Part shown: positions 55,270-64,000 of the stretch, piece by piece
Layout: each line of letters starts with the position of its first letter
How positions within the stretch are numbered: position 1 is the stretch's first letter
IMG/VR virus record: IMGVR_UViG_3300026549_000051
Coordinates: 1-64,000 of that record
Length of the DNA stretch: 64,000 nt
Reading direction: 5' to 3' (one strand)
Source of the DNA: a virus
Taxonomy: Duplodnaviria; Caudoviricetes
Translations under genes and position numbers: made by a program
The notes under the pieces: model-generated
Databases searched by the model: none
The model's input: the letters and a program-made list of their open reading frames with translations, nothing else
What the model was told of the DNA's origin: nothing

Positions 55270-55738
55270 TGTTTATACCCTTTTGCGATTATTAATAACA
55301 TTAAAGCCGTTTATAGTTATCGCATTACCATAAACGGCTTATTGTATTATCAATTTTCACATGAAATTATTTGGCTTATGCTATACGGCGTTTCTATGTC
55401 TATACTTTACCCATAAGCCCATTTTTCTCGTAAAATTATGGTATTAGTCGGTCATCTATTATATGCCTTAGTCTATACCCACTTAAAACGCTAGTGTTAT
55501 GGCTTGCTATTGCCCACTAGTCAAATTGTCAAAATACAGGACGCATAATTCTAGTTATGCTAGCCAGCCCCTTACCCTATACACGATTACATCATTCTTT
55601 TTGATGTTGATAATAGCATCAAAAACATTGTCTGCTTACGCTATCTGTCGGGGTGCTTTGAATAATAAAATCTCAGTTGCATAATTTATAGTTGTCATGC
55701 TTAACTATGTGCGATAAATTAATTAATTAACTTATCAT
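55270..55738 (-). ncRNA. ~470-nt multi-hairpin leader/ncRNA candidate
   Basis: No credible ORF; at least five hairpins; near-consensus promoter just upstream. Confidence 0.5.
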
Positions 55739-55744
55739 AATTAC

Positions 55745-55773
55745 ATTATAAGCCATATGTGCTAAAAAGTCAA
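55745..55773 (-). promoter_or_regulatory. sigma70-type early promoter
   Basis: TTGACT-17-TATAAT. Confidence 0.8.
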
Positions 55774-56134
55774 GCATATTTTTAAAAAATGTTATAGTTT
55801 TTTGTTTAAGCCTTGATTAAATTACTTATGCTAATCTAAAAAACTTAATACGCTAATTTAGTTTAACGGCTTTAATGTGCTTAGATAGTTATTTATTAAC
55901 TTATCTTGATTAAATTATAGCACACTTATTCAATGTTGCATAGACTTGATTTTTAAGATTTTTGATGTTCTAATATAGACTATATGCCAAAATTAGATTA
56001 AAACAGTAATAACACATAATATGCAATTTTGAGCCTACTTTTAAAAAAAACGGCTTTACTTACTTAATAATTTATTAATTTTGTCAAGTTTAGCATAATC
56101 ATCAATAGCAAAAGCAAAAGCATTAGCAATATAA

Positions 56135-56201
56135 ACGCATGGACGCATACACACATACATGGGGAAGCCGACGCCACCTCCTCCTTTTAATCACTATCAT
56201 C
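56135..56201. repeat. Diverged repeat module copy 1 (copy 2 at ~57101-57174)
   Basis: ACGCA..ACGCA..TACAT-x-G-x-GG-x-AGCCG..ACCTC..TAA..TCACTATCATC. Confidence 0.6.
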
Positions 56202-56358
56202 GCATTTATCCTACGGATAATTGCTTCTTAGCCTCCAGCTCTTGCTCCTCAGCCATCATAGAAGACACGAAGACGTGTTCTCTAGTTGCCTTGTGGGGTG
56301 CAGGGGGTTTTGACCATTAAAATCGCTCTGAGGGGCTCTGGTGAGCTCAGAGAGGCAA

Positions 56359-56386
56359 CAAAAAAGCCCCCTGGTTGGGGGCTGTT
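56359..56386 (-). terminator. Intrinsic terminator
   Basis: AGCCCCC/GGGGGCT with A-tract on plus strand. Confidence 0.75.
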
Positions 56387-56391
56387 CTTGC

Positions 56392-56649
56392 TTAGATGCC
56401 GAAGCGGATGCGGGCGTACTCTCGATCGAGAGGTGCTGGTTTCATATGGTTTGGCTCGACTGCTCTCCAGGTGTAGTAAGCTTCGACTTCCCATTCGTCA
56501 TCTCTGAGACCAGACTTGTTATAAGCGACATAAGAGACGGGTTCGTCTTTATACATATAACCAGTGTCGCCATATTCGCATTCAGTCAATCCGTGCTTCT
56601 CGGCGTACTCTTTAGCTTTGTAGTAGTCAGTAAAATAAATGGTTTCCAT
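56392..56649 (-). CDS. hypothetical protein
   Basis: AGGAG RBS. Confidence 0.75.
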   Translation of the reverse strand: METIYFTDYYKAKEYAEKHGLTECEYGDTGYMYKDEPVSYVAYNKSGLRDDEWEVEAYYTWRAVEPNHMKPAPLDREYARIRFGI

Positions 56650-56696
56650 TGTAGTTTTTTCTCCTGTTGCCCCTCCGAAGAGGGGCGTTATTGTTA

Positions 56697-56939
56697 TTAT
56701 TTTGTGCTGTTTATAGCTTCAATTATCTGTTTTCTATCTTTATGCACGGCGTTCCAGAATTTTTCTGGAGAGTAGTTTTTGTTTTGTTTTCTTAGTTCGT
56801 TGTCTATTGCGTCGTGCAGTTCTTCGAGGAGGAGTCCGTCTTCAGCGTTGCCGTCACCAATGATGAAGCACCCGTCCTTAAGATGAAAACTTAAAATTGA
56901 TATGAGTTTTGCTATAACTTGGAAGTCTTTTCGAGTCAT
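56697..56939 (-). CDS. hypothetical protein (MTRKDF-type phage early protein)
   Basis: MTRKDF..IA...N.N...KF..A; AGGAG RBS. Confidence 0.75.
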   Translation of the reverse strand: MTRKDFQVIAKLISILSFHLKDGCFIIGDGNAEDGLLLEELHDAIDNELRKQNKNYSPEKFWNAVHKDRKQIIEAINSTK

Positions 56940-57207
56940 AACTTTTTCTCCTGTTTAGTTGTTAACTTTCGAGATGTTTTTTCTTCACATCTCTTATTAT
57001 AAGGATATCAAATTATTTTAAAATTGTCAATAACTTTTTTACACTTTTTTGCACTTTTTTTATGCATAACATTCATCATCATGGCGTGCGTGTAACAAGC
57101 AACGCACCAACGCACCAACTCATATATACATAGAGGCAGCCGCGGACCTCTTTTCCTCTAATATCACTATCATCAGATTCCTCTCCCCGAAGGGAGAGGA
57201 TCGAGAG

Positions 57208-57381
57208 CTATTGCACTTCTGCTTCCTCCTTCACATCTTCGATGATGTGCCAATCTTCGTCGCAATGGTTGTGCTCGAAGATATCGAACTCGGTTAGAGT
57301 CATGCCCCAGCATTCTGTATCACAGTCTGGGAGGACATTTTTCTTCATGCGGTTGATTTCGCTTCTAGTAATAAATAACAT
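57208..57381 (-). CDS. small acidic protein (57 aa)
   Basis: AGGAG RBS, followed by hairpin. Confidence 0.65.
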   Translation of the reverse strand: MLFITRSEINRMKKNVLPDCDTECWGMTLTEFDIFEHNHCDEDWHIIEDVKEEAEVQ

Positions 57382-57422
57382 AGTTTTTTCTCCTTACTGG
57401 GGCGGTTGCCCGCCCCTGTTAA

Positions 57423-57569
57423 TTAATATTCCCACCAGTGTTTATGTATGCCTCGTTTTTCGTCCTCGGCTTTTCGGGCTTTTATCTCCTTGGCGCAGGT
57501 GTAAATCGTCCAAAGGCAGAAGCCGAAGCAGATGCCGTTAATGAGGTCGATACTGTTAAGGTTTTGCAT
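57423..57569 (-). CDS. small single-TM protein (48 aa)
   Basis: AGGAG RBS. Confidence 0.6.
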   Translation of the reverse strand: MQNLNSIDLINGICFGFCLWTIYTCAKEIKARKAEDEKRGIHKHWWEY

Positions 57570-57631
57570 TTTTCTCCTTATGCCACCCCCGTGGGGCGCT
57601 TGGGGGGTGGCTAGTTATTAAAATTTAGCAG

Positions 57632-57904
57632 TTACGCTTTGATGCCTTCGTGCATCTCCTTAGCCTTGCGTATGGCTTCTTCTTTATCGTCGGCTCGCCA
57701 GATGTGGTAAAACTCCATACCTTGGTCGAGATAGTAACGGTCAAGGCTTCCATATGTGAGGTCATAATCTCGCATATCTGTTTTACGCCAGCCTTGTATG
57801 AGTTGCGTAATTAGCGCATGGGGTAGCTCGCAAGGGCTTGCGATATACTCCCAGTTATCTGTTACAGCCTGTTTGATGGCTACTACGATGTAAGATGTGT
57901 TCAT
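57632..57904 (-). CDS. hypothetical protein
   Basis: AAGGAG RBS; promoter TTGCAA-17-TACCAT at 57950-57978. Confidence 0.75.
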   Translation of the reverse strand: MNTSYIVVAIKQAVTDNWEYIASPCELPHALITQLIQGWRKTDMRDYDLTYGSLDRYYLDQGMEFYHIWRADDKEEAIRKAKEMHEGIKA

Positions 57905-57979
57905 TTTAAACTCCTTGATATTAATTTACTTGGTCGCCCCACTAATTACATGGTAGCACACTTTTAAAATATTTGCAAG

Positions 57980-58510
57980 CCTAAAATAACAGGGGTGGAT
58001 GCTATGATTTTTAAAAATCTTTTACGATTTTACGAGCTAAAATGCTAAAAAATTTAGCGATATTTTACGCCCATAATTTAGACGGGGCAGAGACCCCCAG
58101 GAGTATAGATATAACCCCTCGCCCCAGCGAGGGGTGGTTTGGGGTGTCATACCCCTTTCCGCCTTCTTTTCGCCTTCTTTATACCTCTTTTTATTATTAA
58201 TGCCCCCCTCTATAACCTTGACAACCCCTGCCATAAATATGTTGTAATATGGAAAAATATATGTCTAAATTTAGCTTAAGCTCAATAAAAATGGCCGATT
58301 TTGGCAAAAATATATGTCAAAATGTGCGAAATATATGTCAAAAATGGAGCATAAGCATGATGTTTTGGCATATATATTACAAAAGCTTATTGACAAGTCT
58401 GAAATTCGGTGTTCTGGCTAAATCCAATTTAGACATATATTTTTAAATTTAGACATATATATTCCGCAAAAAAGCATATATTTTACTATATATTTGCATA
58501 TATTTGTCAA
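57980..58510. promoter_or_regulatory. Putative replication origin of unit 2
   Basis: AAATATATGTC x3 direct and several inverted copies; GC-rich cluster; same position as unit-1 origin. Confidence 0.6.
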
Positions 58511-58629
58511 CCCCCTCTCGGCCGTCTAATTCCGTGCCATATTCACATTTATGTGTTGACACCACAACCATCGGCCATGGTATAGTGGAAGTATCAACAA
58601 CAAATAACATGCAGCGAAAGGAGAGAGGC

Positions 58630-58893
58630 ATGAAAAGTGAACTTAGCCAACGTATCAGCACATTAGAGGAGCTGAACGCGACACCAGAGCTGAGCGCTCA
58701 GATGGCGAACTATGAGATCAACATTCTAGCCATCACGGACAGTTATATATTATATGAGTTCTCATATATTAACGATGAGACCAAAATGAAAAAATGGGCG
58801 AAGCGGCTGGCGCCGCTGCAGGGGGGCATCACGAGTACATACGAGTATCTTATAAAGACTGTTAAACGTGAGCGCGAGGCGATGGGGCAGTAA
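58630..58893 (+). CDS. hypothetical protein (homologue of 1597)
   Basis: Synteny and motif similarity. Confidence 0.75.
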   Translation: MKSELSQRISTLEELNATPELSAQMANYEINILAITDSYILYEFSYINDETKMKKWAKRLAPLQGGITSTYEYLIKTVKREREAMGQ

Positions 58894-58894
58894 T

Positions 58895-60649
58895 ATGGAT
58901 GGTGCGGAGGTAGCGGCGGTCCCGATGGCCACCGTGAATGACTTACTGAATGCGGCGCCGGACTTGAAGATGAGCGCGGCGGACTGGACTCGGAAGCGGA
59001 CACTGGAGGCGGTGCGCAAACAATACGAGTTTATATATGTGGACGCGGCGAGGGCGGTGTATTATCGGCCGATGCCAGACGAGATGAACCCGGAGGAGGC
59101 GTTTAAGAGGCTGACGGACATAAGGGCGAGTCAGCTCATCGTGAGTATTTGCCGGAAGCTGTATCCACACAAGGTGATGGCGCCGAGGACCGTGACGGAG
59201 CTGAGTGATACAATTAGCCTATACACAGACCGGCACTTGGACCGGCTGAACGACAATATAATAAAGGTAGGAGCGGACATGTATTGGGACGAGGAGAAGG
59301 CCGCCTTGACCGAATTTCCGGATGGGGTGTGCATGCGTGAGCTGTTTGACGCCAGTTCTCTGGACGAGATTAAGCTGAACATACACGACATATCAACAGC
59401 GTATATGAGAGGGGTGTATAAGAAGACCCTTGCGCACTTAGAGAAGAATAACGGGAATATTACGCCGTGGGAGCTGTTGGGCCCCAAACAGCAGACAGAG
59501 ATGGGGTGCAGTATGTTGTCGCTGGACTCGGCTGCACTAGCGCCGTTTTGGGTGTGGGCGAATGAAGACCTGGACACCTTTAATGATCTGTTGAAGGCGA
59601 CTGCGTCTATTTTTATGCTCCACAAGCCGAAGGGGGCGTTTATCTTAATTGGGCGTACGCGCAATGGCAAATCGAGTTTCATTAAGATGCTCCATACCCT
59701 CCTAGGGCGGAATAATACCTCAGCGGTGAAACTGGCTGACCTCGAGGACCCCCATTTTGTATATGACCTTACTACTACTATGCTGAATGCGCCGGATGAA
59801 GATGACGAGGGAAAAGGGGCGGAGTTGAAACGCAGCCAGAGCTATTTCAAGTCTATATCTGCGCATGAGCCGATTCCACTGAAGCTGCTCTTCTCTTCTG
59901 AGCCAGTGAAAGTCTCGACTCAGTTCATGAGCTTTTATCCGATGAATAAGTTGCCGGAGTGGACTGGCAGTGGGAAAGAGGCATGTATGCGTCGCTCGTT
60001 AATTCTGATGTTCAACAATGACCTCAGTAAATTCGACAACAACGGTCGGAATTTCGAGAAGGAGACTTATACCGAGGCCTTCTATAGTGAGCTGTTGGGG
60101 GTTGTGCTAGCGATTGCGCATTACTATCGTGACAGACCGCTGGAGTTCTCGACTACGATGCAGGCGAATCGCGAGAGCGTATCTGAGGCGATTGACTCGG
60201 CCACGACCTACCTCAATTTGTTTGTTAAATACTTTAGCGGCTATCAGGTCACGCCACTAGTGGATGACTATGAGCTGTGGTGCGTGGAGAACGGATATCA
60301 GTATAACCGCAAGGAGTTGAAGCAGAAGCTCTTGACCGCCAATTCGCAGAAGAGCACGGCGTATTCTGACGGTGCTGTGCTTACCGTATACAAGTTCCCT
60401 GGCACGAAGGACAGCAAGTTGCCGAACTTTATGCCACAGTATATGGTGCCGGAGTTCAAGCGCTATGTGTCAGACATTATTAATACGGCGACTGTGGGGG
60501 TCGGGCCGAATAAGCAGCCGGCTCGCAGTGTGGTGGCTATGCTCGAGGAGTATTATGCGACCCACGATAACCCAAACGAGTTGCCTGAGCAGATGCAGTT
60601 CGAGGGGCCAGTGGTGGACGGCGACATCGAGGACTTAATCAATGAGTAG
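58895..60649 (+). CDS. D5/P4-type superfamily 3 helicase
   Basis: GRTRNGKSS, NAPDE; homologue of 1846. Confidence 0.85.
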   Translation: MDGAEVAAVPMATVNDLLNAAPDLKMSAADWTRKRTLEAVRKQYEFIYVDAARAVYYRPMPDEMNPEEAFKRLTDIRASQLIVSICRKLYPHKVMAPRTVTELSDTISLYTDRHLDRLNDNIIKVGADMYWDEEKAALTEFPDGVCMRELFDASSLDEIKLNIHDISTAYMRGVYKKTLAHLEKNNGNITPWELLGPKQQTEMGCSMLSLDSAALAPFWVWANEDLDTFNDLLKATASIFMLHKPKGAFILIGRTRNGKSSFIKMLHTLLGRNNTSAVKLADLEDPHFVYDLTTTMLNAPDEDDEGKGAELKRSQSYFKSISAHEPIPLKLLFSSEPVKVSTQFMSFYPMNKLPEWTGSGKEACMRRSLILMFNNDLSKFDNNGRNFEKETYTEAFYSELLGVVLAIAHYYRDRPLEFSTTMQANRESVSEAIDSATTYLNLFVKYFSGYQVTPLVDDYELWCVENGYQYNRKELKQKLLTANSQKSTAYSDGAVLTVYKFPGTKDSKLPNFMPQYMVPEFKRYVSDIINTATVGVGPNKQPARSVVAMLEEYYATHDNPNELPEQMQFEGPVVDGDIEDLINE

Positions 60650-61082
60650 TCTAGCTGATGCGATTATCCAGCAAAATGAGCGCAAGGGCGCTTCCCCTGA
60701 GGGGAATACTCCCGAGGGGTATTATCGTGACGACATGGGGTATTTAGTAGAAGAAGACCTCGTGGAGGATAAGGAGAGGTATGCGGAGTATGTGCTGCTT
60801 CGCATACTGAGGCTGCACCATAATATATATATGCGCTATGGGCGGCTGTACTGTGGGCACCACCTACTGGAGTGCAATATGCAGGAGGCGCTGGAGCTGG
60901 CGGACTCACCGAGGGTGAGGCTGAACCCTGGGCAGGTGGCGTGGATTTTTAACCGCCTGAGGGAGCTGGCGCCAGAGATAGACGAGACCAAGATCCTGAT
61001 TGCTGATGGGGTATACTGGGACATGGATAAGGCCGAGCTGGTCGATTTAGATGAATCAATTAAGTTAACAACCATGAGGTAG
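60642..61082 (+). CDS. hypothetical protein (homologue of 3591)
   Basis: PEGYY-x-DDMG conserved. Confidence 0.8.
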   Translation: MSSLADAIIQQNERKGASPEGNTPEGYYRDDMGYLVEEDLVEDKERYAEYVLLRILRLHHNIYMRYGRLYCGHHLLECNMQEALELADSPRVRLNPGQVAWIFNRLRELAPEIDETKILIADGVYWDMDKAELVDLDESIKLTTMR

Positions 61083-61085
61083 GAA

Positions 61086-61379
61086 ATGTTGGAGAGAGAT
61101 TTTAAGAAGAATTTTCAGAAGAGACTAAAGAAAGAAGTGAAGCCGTTGGCGATTTTACAATATAAACAGGACGCCACGACAGTTGCTGGCTTTCCTGATA
61201 CCCTGGTGATACTTGAAGGTATAACGATTTTTATAGAGTACAAAAAGAGCAAGACGGCTAAATTCCGTCCCGGGCAGAAGGAGTGGAATGCGAAACTCAA
61301 TGAGAATGGTCACTTTGCCTTTATCTGTTACCCGGAGAACGCAGATAAGATTATCGAGGAGATAAAGAGGATAGCATGA
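61086..61379 (+). CDS. VRR-NUC domain nuclease (HNH-free allele)
   Basis: GFPD, FIEYK, PGQKEW. Confidence 0.85.
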   Translation: MLERDFKKNFQKRLKKEVKPLAILQYKQDATTVAGFPDTLVILEGITIFIEYKKSKTAKFRPGQKEWNAKLNENGHFAFICYPENADKIIEEIKRIA

Positions 61380-61648
61380 AATATATTATCAGATGCACAT
61401 GTGGGGGCGTGAAGACTAAGATGGAGGCAGCGATGCAGCTGATTGCCCCGGGGGAGCCACTCCCCCCGGAGGTGAAAGGCGGCGACGCCATGAGAAAACT
61501 GGCGGAGAAGTGGCCAAACACTAACTTCGGTAATCATCTATTGGTGCTTGCGAAGAAACATGGGCGCTACTGCTATTATGTTGAGATAACTGATAAGGGC
61601 GACATTAAGGATATGCGCGACCTGATGACTGGCAGGAGGATGTACTAA
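61376..61648 (+). CDS. CxC-motif protein A
   Basis: IRCTCGG. Confidence 0.75.
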   Translation: MKYIIRCTCGGVKTKMEAAMQLIAPGEPLPPEVKGGDAMRKLAEKWPNTNFGNHLLVLAKKHGRYCYYVEITDKGDIKDMRDLMTGRRMY

Positions 61649-61956
61649 TGTTGAAGGCGGTGTCATGCCAGTGTGGCAGTAGCGACAATCTGATACGGGG
61701 GAAGCTGGCGAAGTTCCACTGTAGCCAGGCGCTGACCATTCCGATCATCAAGGGGAAAGAGAAATCTCTCTCGGCATTAAATACGCTTCCGCAATTCCCA
61801 GAAGTCTCAGGCTTACGGCTACATATCGAGGCTCACTCGAAGTGGGCTATTATTATTGGCTATGACGATGAGCGTCTGAAGTGGGTGGATTTAGCGAACG
61901 GGTCTTATCTTAAAAATGACGTGGACGCTGAACTCCTGCTAACACATTTTGCATAA
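61648..61956 (+). CDS. CxC-motif protein B
   Basis: VSCQCGS. Confidence 0.75.
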   Translation: MLKAVSCQCGSSDNLIRGKLAKFHCSQALTIPIIKGKEKSLSALNTLPQFPEVSGLRLHIEAHSKWAIIIGYDDERLKWVDLANGSYLKNDVDAELLLTHFA

Positions 61957-62003
61957 AAAATTTAATTATTATACTATGTAATTAGCAATAAGGAGGGAAA
62001 TCC

Positions 62004-62438
62004 ATGCAACCAACTTTACCAAATGGCTTCATTACAATAGAAGAAGCAGTGAAGCTCATTCAGTCCGATACGCGCTCGGACGCAAAAGTAGATACCAGCT
62101 GGCTAGTCAGACATATTGACTGGGTGGAAGAGGCACATAATTTCCGTATTCCACTCATGAAAACTACTAGCGATAAGAAGGTCGTAGGCATCGGTTCTAA
62201 GTATGTCGCCGTCATGACTTCTTATGATAAAGAGGTCTTAAAGAAGGCTATTCGTGACCATTACCGTGATATGGTCGGTCATGAATATGACGCGCCTGTA
62301 ACGAAGGCTGTCTCAACCGTCGCTGATGAAGAGCAGACAGGTGGCAACGTTCGCCCACGCAAGAGCAAATCGATTGCGAAAGAGGGTGCCGTTATCGGTA
62401 CTGGTGAGACTATTAAGACTAATGGTGCTGACTTATAA
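62004..62438 (+). CDS. hypothetical protein (homologue of 5836)
   Basis: Sequence similarity. Confidence 0.85.
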   Translation: MQPTLPNGFITIEEAVKLIQSDTRSDAKVDTSWLVRHIDWVEEAHNFRIPLMKTTSDKKVVGIGSKYVAVMTSYDKEVLKKAIRDHYRDMVGHEYDAPVTKAVSTVADEEQTGGNVRPRKSKSIAKEGAVIGTGETIKTNGADL

Positions 62439-62650
62439 TGGAAAACCTAGAGTATCTAAAGGGGCTGATTAAGCGCATAGAGGACTCGGTTAAAATTGTT
62501 AAAAAGGCAGAATCGCCAGACCAGATATCCGAGCAGGAGCGCTTAACCCACCCTGTATTAAAAGAAATGCAGATGGTCACGCCTAGGGTGTGGGATGACT
62601 ATATCCGTGTAACCCGTGACCGACGCAGAGAAATTGCGGAAGGTAAATAA
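62438..62650 (+). CDS. hypothetical protein (homologue of 6332)
   Basis: Sequence similarity. Confidence 0.8.
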   Translation: MENLEYLKGLIKRIEDSVKIVKKAESPDQISEQERLTHPVLKEMQMVTPRVWDDYIRVTRDRRREIAEGK

Positions 62651-62913
62651 TGGACGGAGAGGTGATTGAGGCCAAGGTCAGAGACCATGCCACTATAGAG
62701 GATGTTAACGTCCATCTCCTAGACAAGCTCGATGAGTTGATTGACGATATCAATCCGAAGGATGCTGATATGGTGCGCGCTTTAACTGAGAGCGTCGCGA
62801 AGCTCAACGCCTCTCTCAAGGGGAATAATATCTTTACCCCTCAAGAAACCGAAGAAGAGAGAAGGGAGCGTGAGGCTCAAGAGGCGATTCTCGGTGCAAT
62901 GAAAGGAGAATAG
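62650..62913 (+). CDS. putative terminase small subunit
   Basis: Homologue of 6547. Confidence 0.5.
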   Translation: MDGEVIEAKVRDHATIEDVNVHLLDKLDELIDDINPKDADMVRALTESVAKLNASLKGNNIFTPQETEEERREREAQEAILGAMKGE

Positions 62914-64000
62914 TGGGAAAGCTCCTACTTAATGACTATCAAGACGATAATATCTTAACTAATGACCAGATAAAGAAGGCTTTGTCTGGTGATTTTGATG
63001 GGTTTAAGTATTTCTTCGAGAACTGTATTCTCATCCAAGACCGCGATACCCGTCAGTTTATCCACCCGAAGATGAATAAGGGGCAGGAGATGATTGCCCG
63101 TACGATTCTGGGGTATGTGGATAAAAACAGTCGAGCTACTGTGCACAAGGAGTGCGTAATCTTGGGGCCCCGTCAGTTCGGTAAATCTACTCTGCTGACA
63201 GCGATCGCTAACTATATTGTGGCTTATGTGGCTGGGATGGAGAACCTTAACGTCGTGCATACGATGCACCAGGCGACTGCGGCAGCCAAATACTTCAAGC
63301 AGAAGATTGCCCCGATTGTGACGAGTGTTCATCCGTCTATTTTCCCGACAATCGAGCGCGATACTCTCGGCACCTCTACTCTATTGAAATATAAAGACGT
63401 CAAAGGGATTCGTCGTGGCGGATATTACGAGGTTACGTCGGCGGGCTCTAACTCTGTCCGTTCCGGCACTGTATCAGTCTGGCTTTGTGACGAGCCGTCT
63501 GAATACCGTAATCCGGGGGCAGTTGAGGACTCTGTGTCTGGTGCTATCTCTAGCTATGGCTGGTCGTTCACTGCATATATCGGTACTTTCTCTGACCGCT
63601 TGACGGAGTATTTCTTGAATAAAATCCAGACCGCACTTGATAACCCAGAAGAGATGGAGCTCGTGTTTATTCCGTGGTTTTTGGTGTATGGGCGCAAGGG
63701 AGATGGAGCTGGCCTAACAGAGGCTAGCTACACTGACTATGACAAAGAGGTCGTCATCCCAGAGATGCAGAAGTACGGGATACCGAGAGAAGAGTGGCAC
63801 GACAAGATTGGCTGGTACCATCGTCGTGCGCTTCGTACCTCGAAGATGAAGTTTGAGTTCCCGACGTCGATCGAGGATATCTTAGCTTTAACCGCCGATC
63901 GGTCGGTGTTCAATAAGGACTCTCTTGATAAACAGGAGAAGAACATCATCGCAGGTGGGACTTATAGAATCGTTACAGACAATCAGACTGGAAAGGTTGA
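62913..64000 (+). CDS. terL: terminase large subunit (truncated by window end)
   Basis: GTG start, GPRQFGKST, WLCDEPSEY; missing from ORF track because no stop falls in the window. Confidence 0.92.
   Translation, partial: MGKLLLNDYQDDNILTNDQIKKALSGDFDGFKYFFENCILIQDRDTRQFIHPKMNKGQEMIARTILGYVDKNSRATVHKECVILGPRQFGKSTLLTAIANYIVAYVAGMENLNVVHTMHQATAAAKYFKQKIAPIVTSVHPSIFPTIERDTLGTSTLLKYKDVKGIRRGGYYEVTSAGSNSVRSGTVSVWLCDEPSEYRNPGAVEDSVSGAISSYGWSFTAYIGTFSDRLTEYFLNKIQTALDNPEEMELVFIPWFLVYGRKGDGAGLTEASYTDYDKEVVIPEMQKYGIPREEWHDKIGWYHRRALRTSKMKFEFPTSIEDILALTADRSVFNKDSLDKQEKNIIAGGTYRIVTDNQTGKV

Larger units (their letters stand above)
1..56300. mobile_element. Phage genome unit 1 (~56 kb, podovirus-like, no integrase seen)
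   Basis: Full set of terminase, capsid, portal, nozzle, lysis and replication genes; no tape-measure or tail-tube gene recognised; right boundary approximate. Confidence 0.85.
56300..64000. mobile_element. Phage genome unit 2 (diverged relative of unit 1, truncated by window end)
   Basis: Ten syntenic homologues of unit-1 genes 1597-8512; left boundary approximate. Confidence 0.85.

Noticed and set aside
56161-56164. GGGG as the inverted partner of the CCCC at position 1 (genome end)
   Set aside because: Too short, and similarity to the 57.1-kb module continues on both sides of it
58630-64000. Terminal direct repeat or circular-assembly overlap of unit 1
   Set aside because: Proteins are substantially diverged and gene content differs (HNH and membrane gene missing)
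1-64000. Alternative genetic code
   Set aside because: Standard code gives dense, full-length genes using all three stops

Overview
The window is entirely phage DNA. About 1-56.3 kb (unit 1) looks like a near-complete ~56-kb tailed phage of probable podovirus type. It encodes a D5/SF3 helicase, VRR-NUC nuclease, terminase, major capsid, scaffold, portal, a 2,233-aa ejection-type protein, adaptor and nozzle, many fibre genes, amidase and holin, plus a leftward early/replication arm. From about 56.3 kb to the end, a second, clearly diverged relative (unit 2) starts in the same orientation with the same gene order, up to a truncated terminase. I found no integrase, DNA polymerase, tRNA or CRISPR array. 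A KGG-repeat gene and many TATAAT-N6-ATG leaderless starts suggest a Saccharibacteria (CPR) host, which is an inference. Main observations: (1) three HNH endonuclease genes each appear to have captured the original C-terminus of the upstream gene and supplied it with a recoded replacement; (2) small RNAs in the late region expose anti-Shine-Dalgarno loops with 12-15-nt complementarity to early-gene RBSs; (3) outer virion proteins are very Cys-rich, the putative ejected proteins are Cys-free, and two CxC proteins with thioredoxin-like topology are conserved, suggesting a disulfide-crosslinked virion; (4) fibre proteins share plug-and-socket terminal modules; (5) several structured non-coding RNA candidates. 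All analysis was by eye and no database searches were run.
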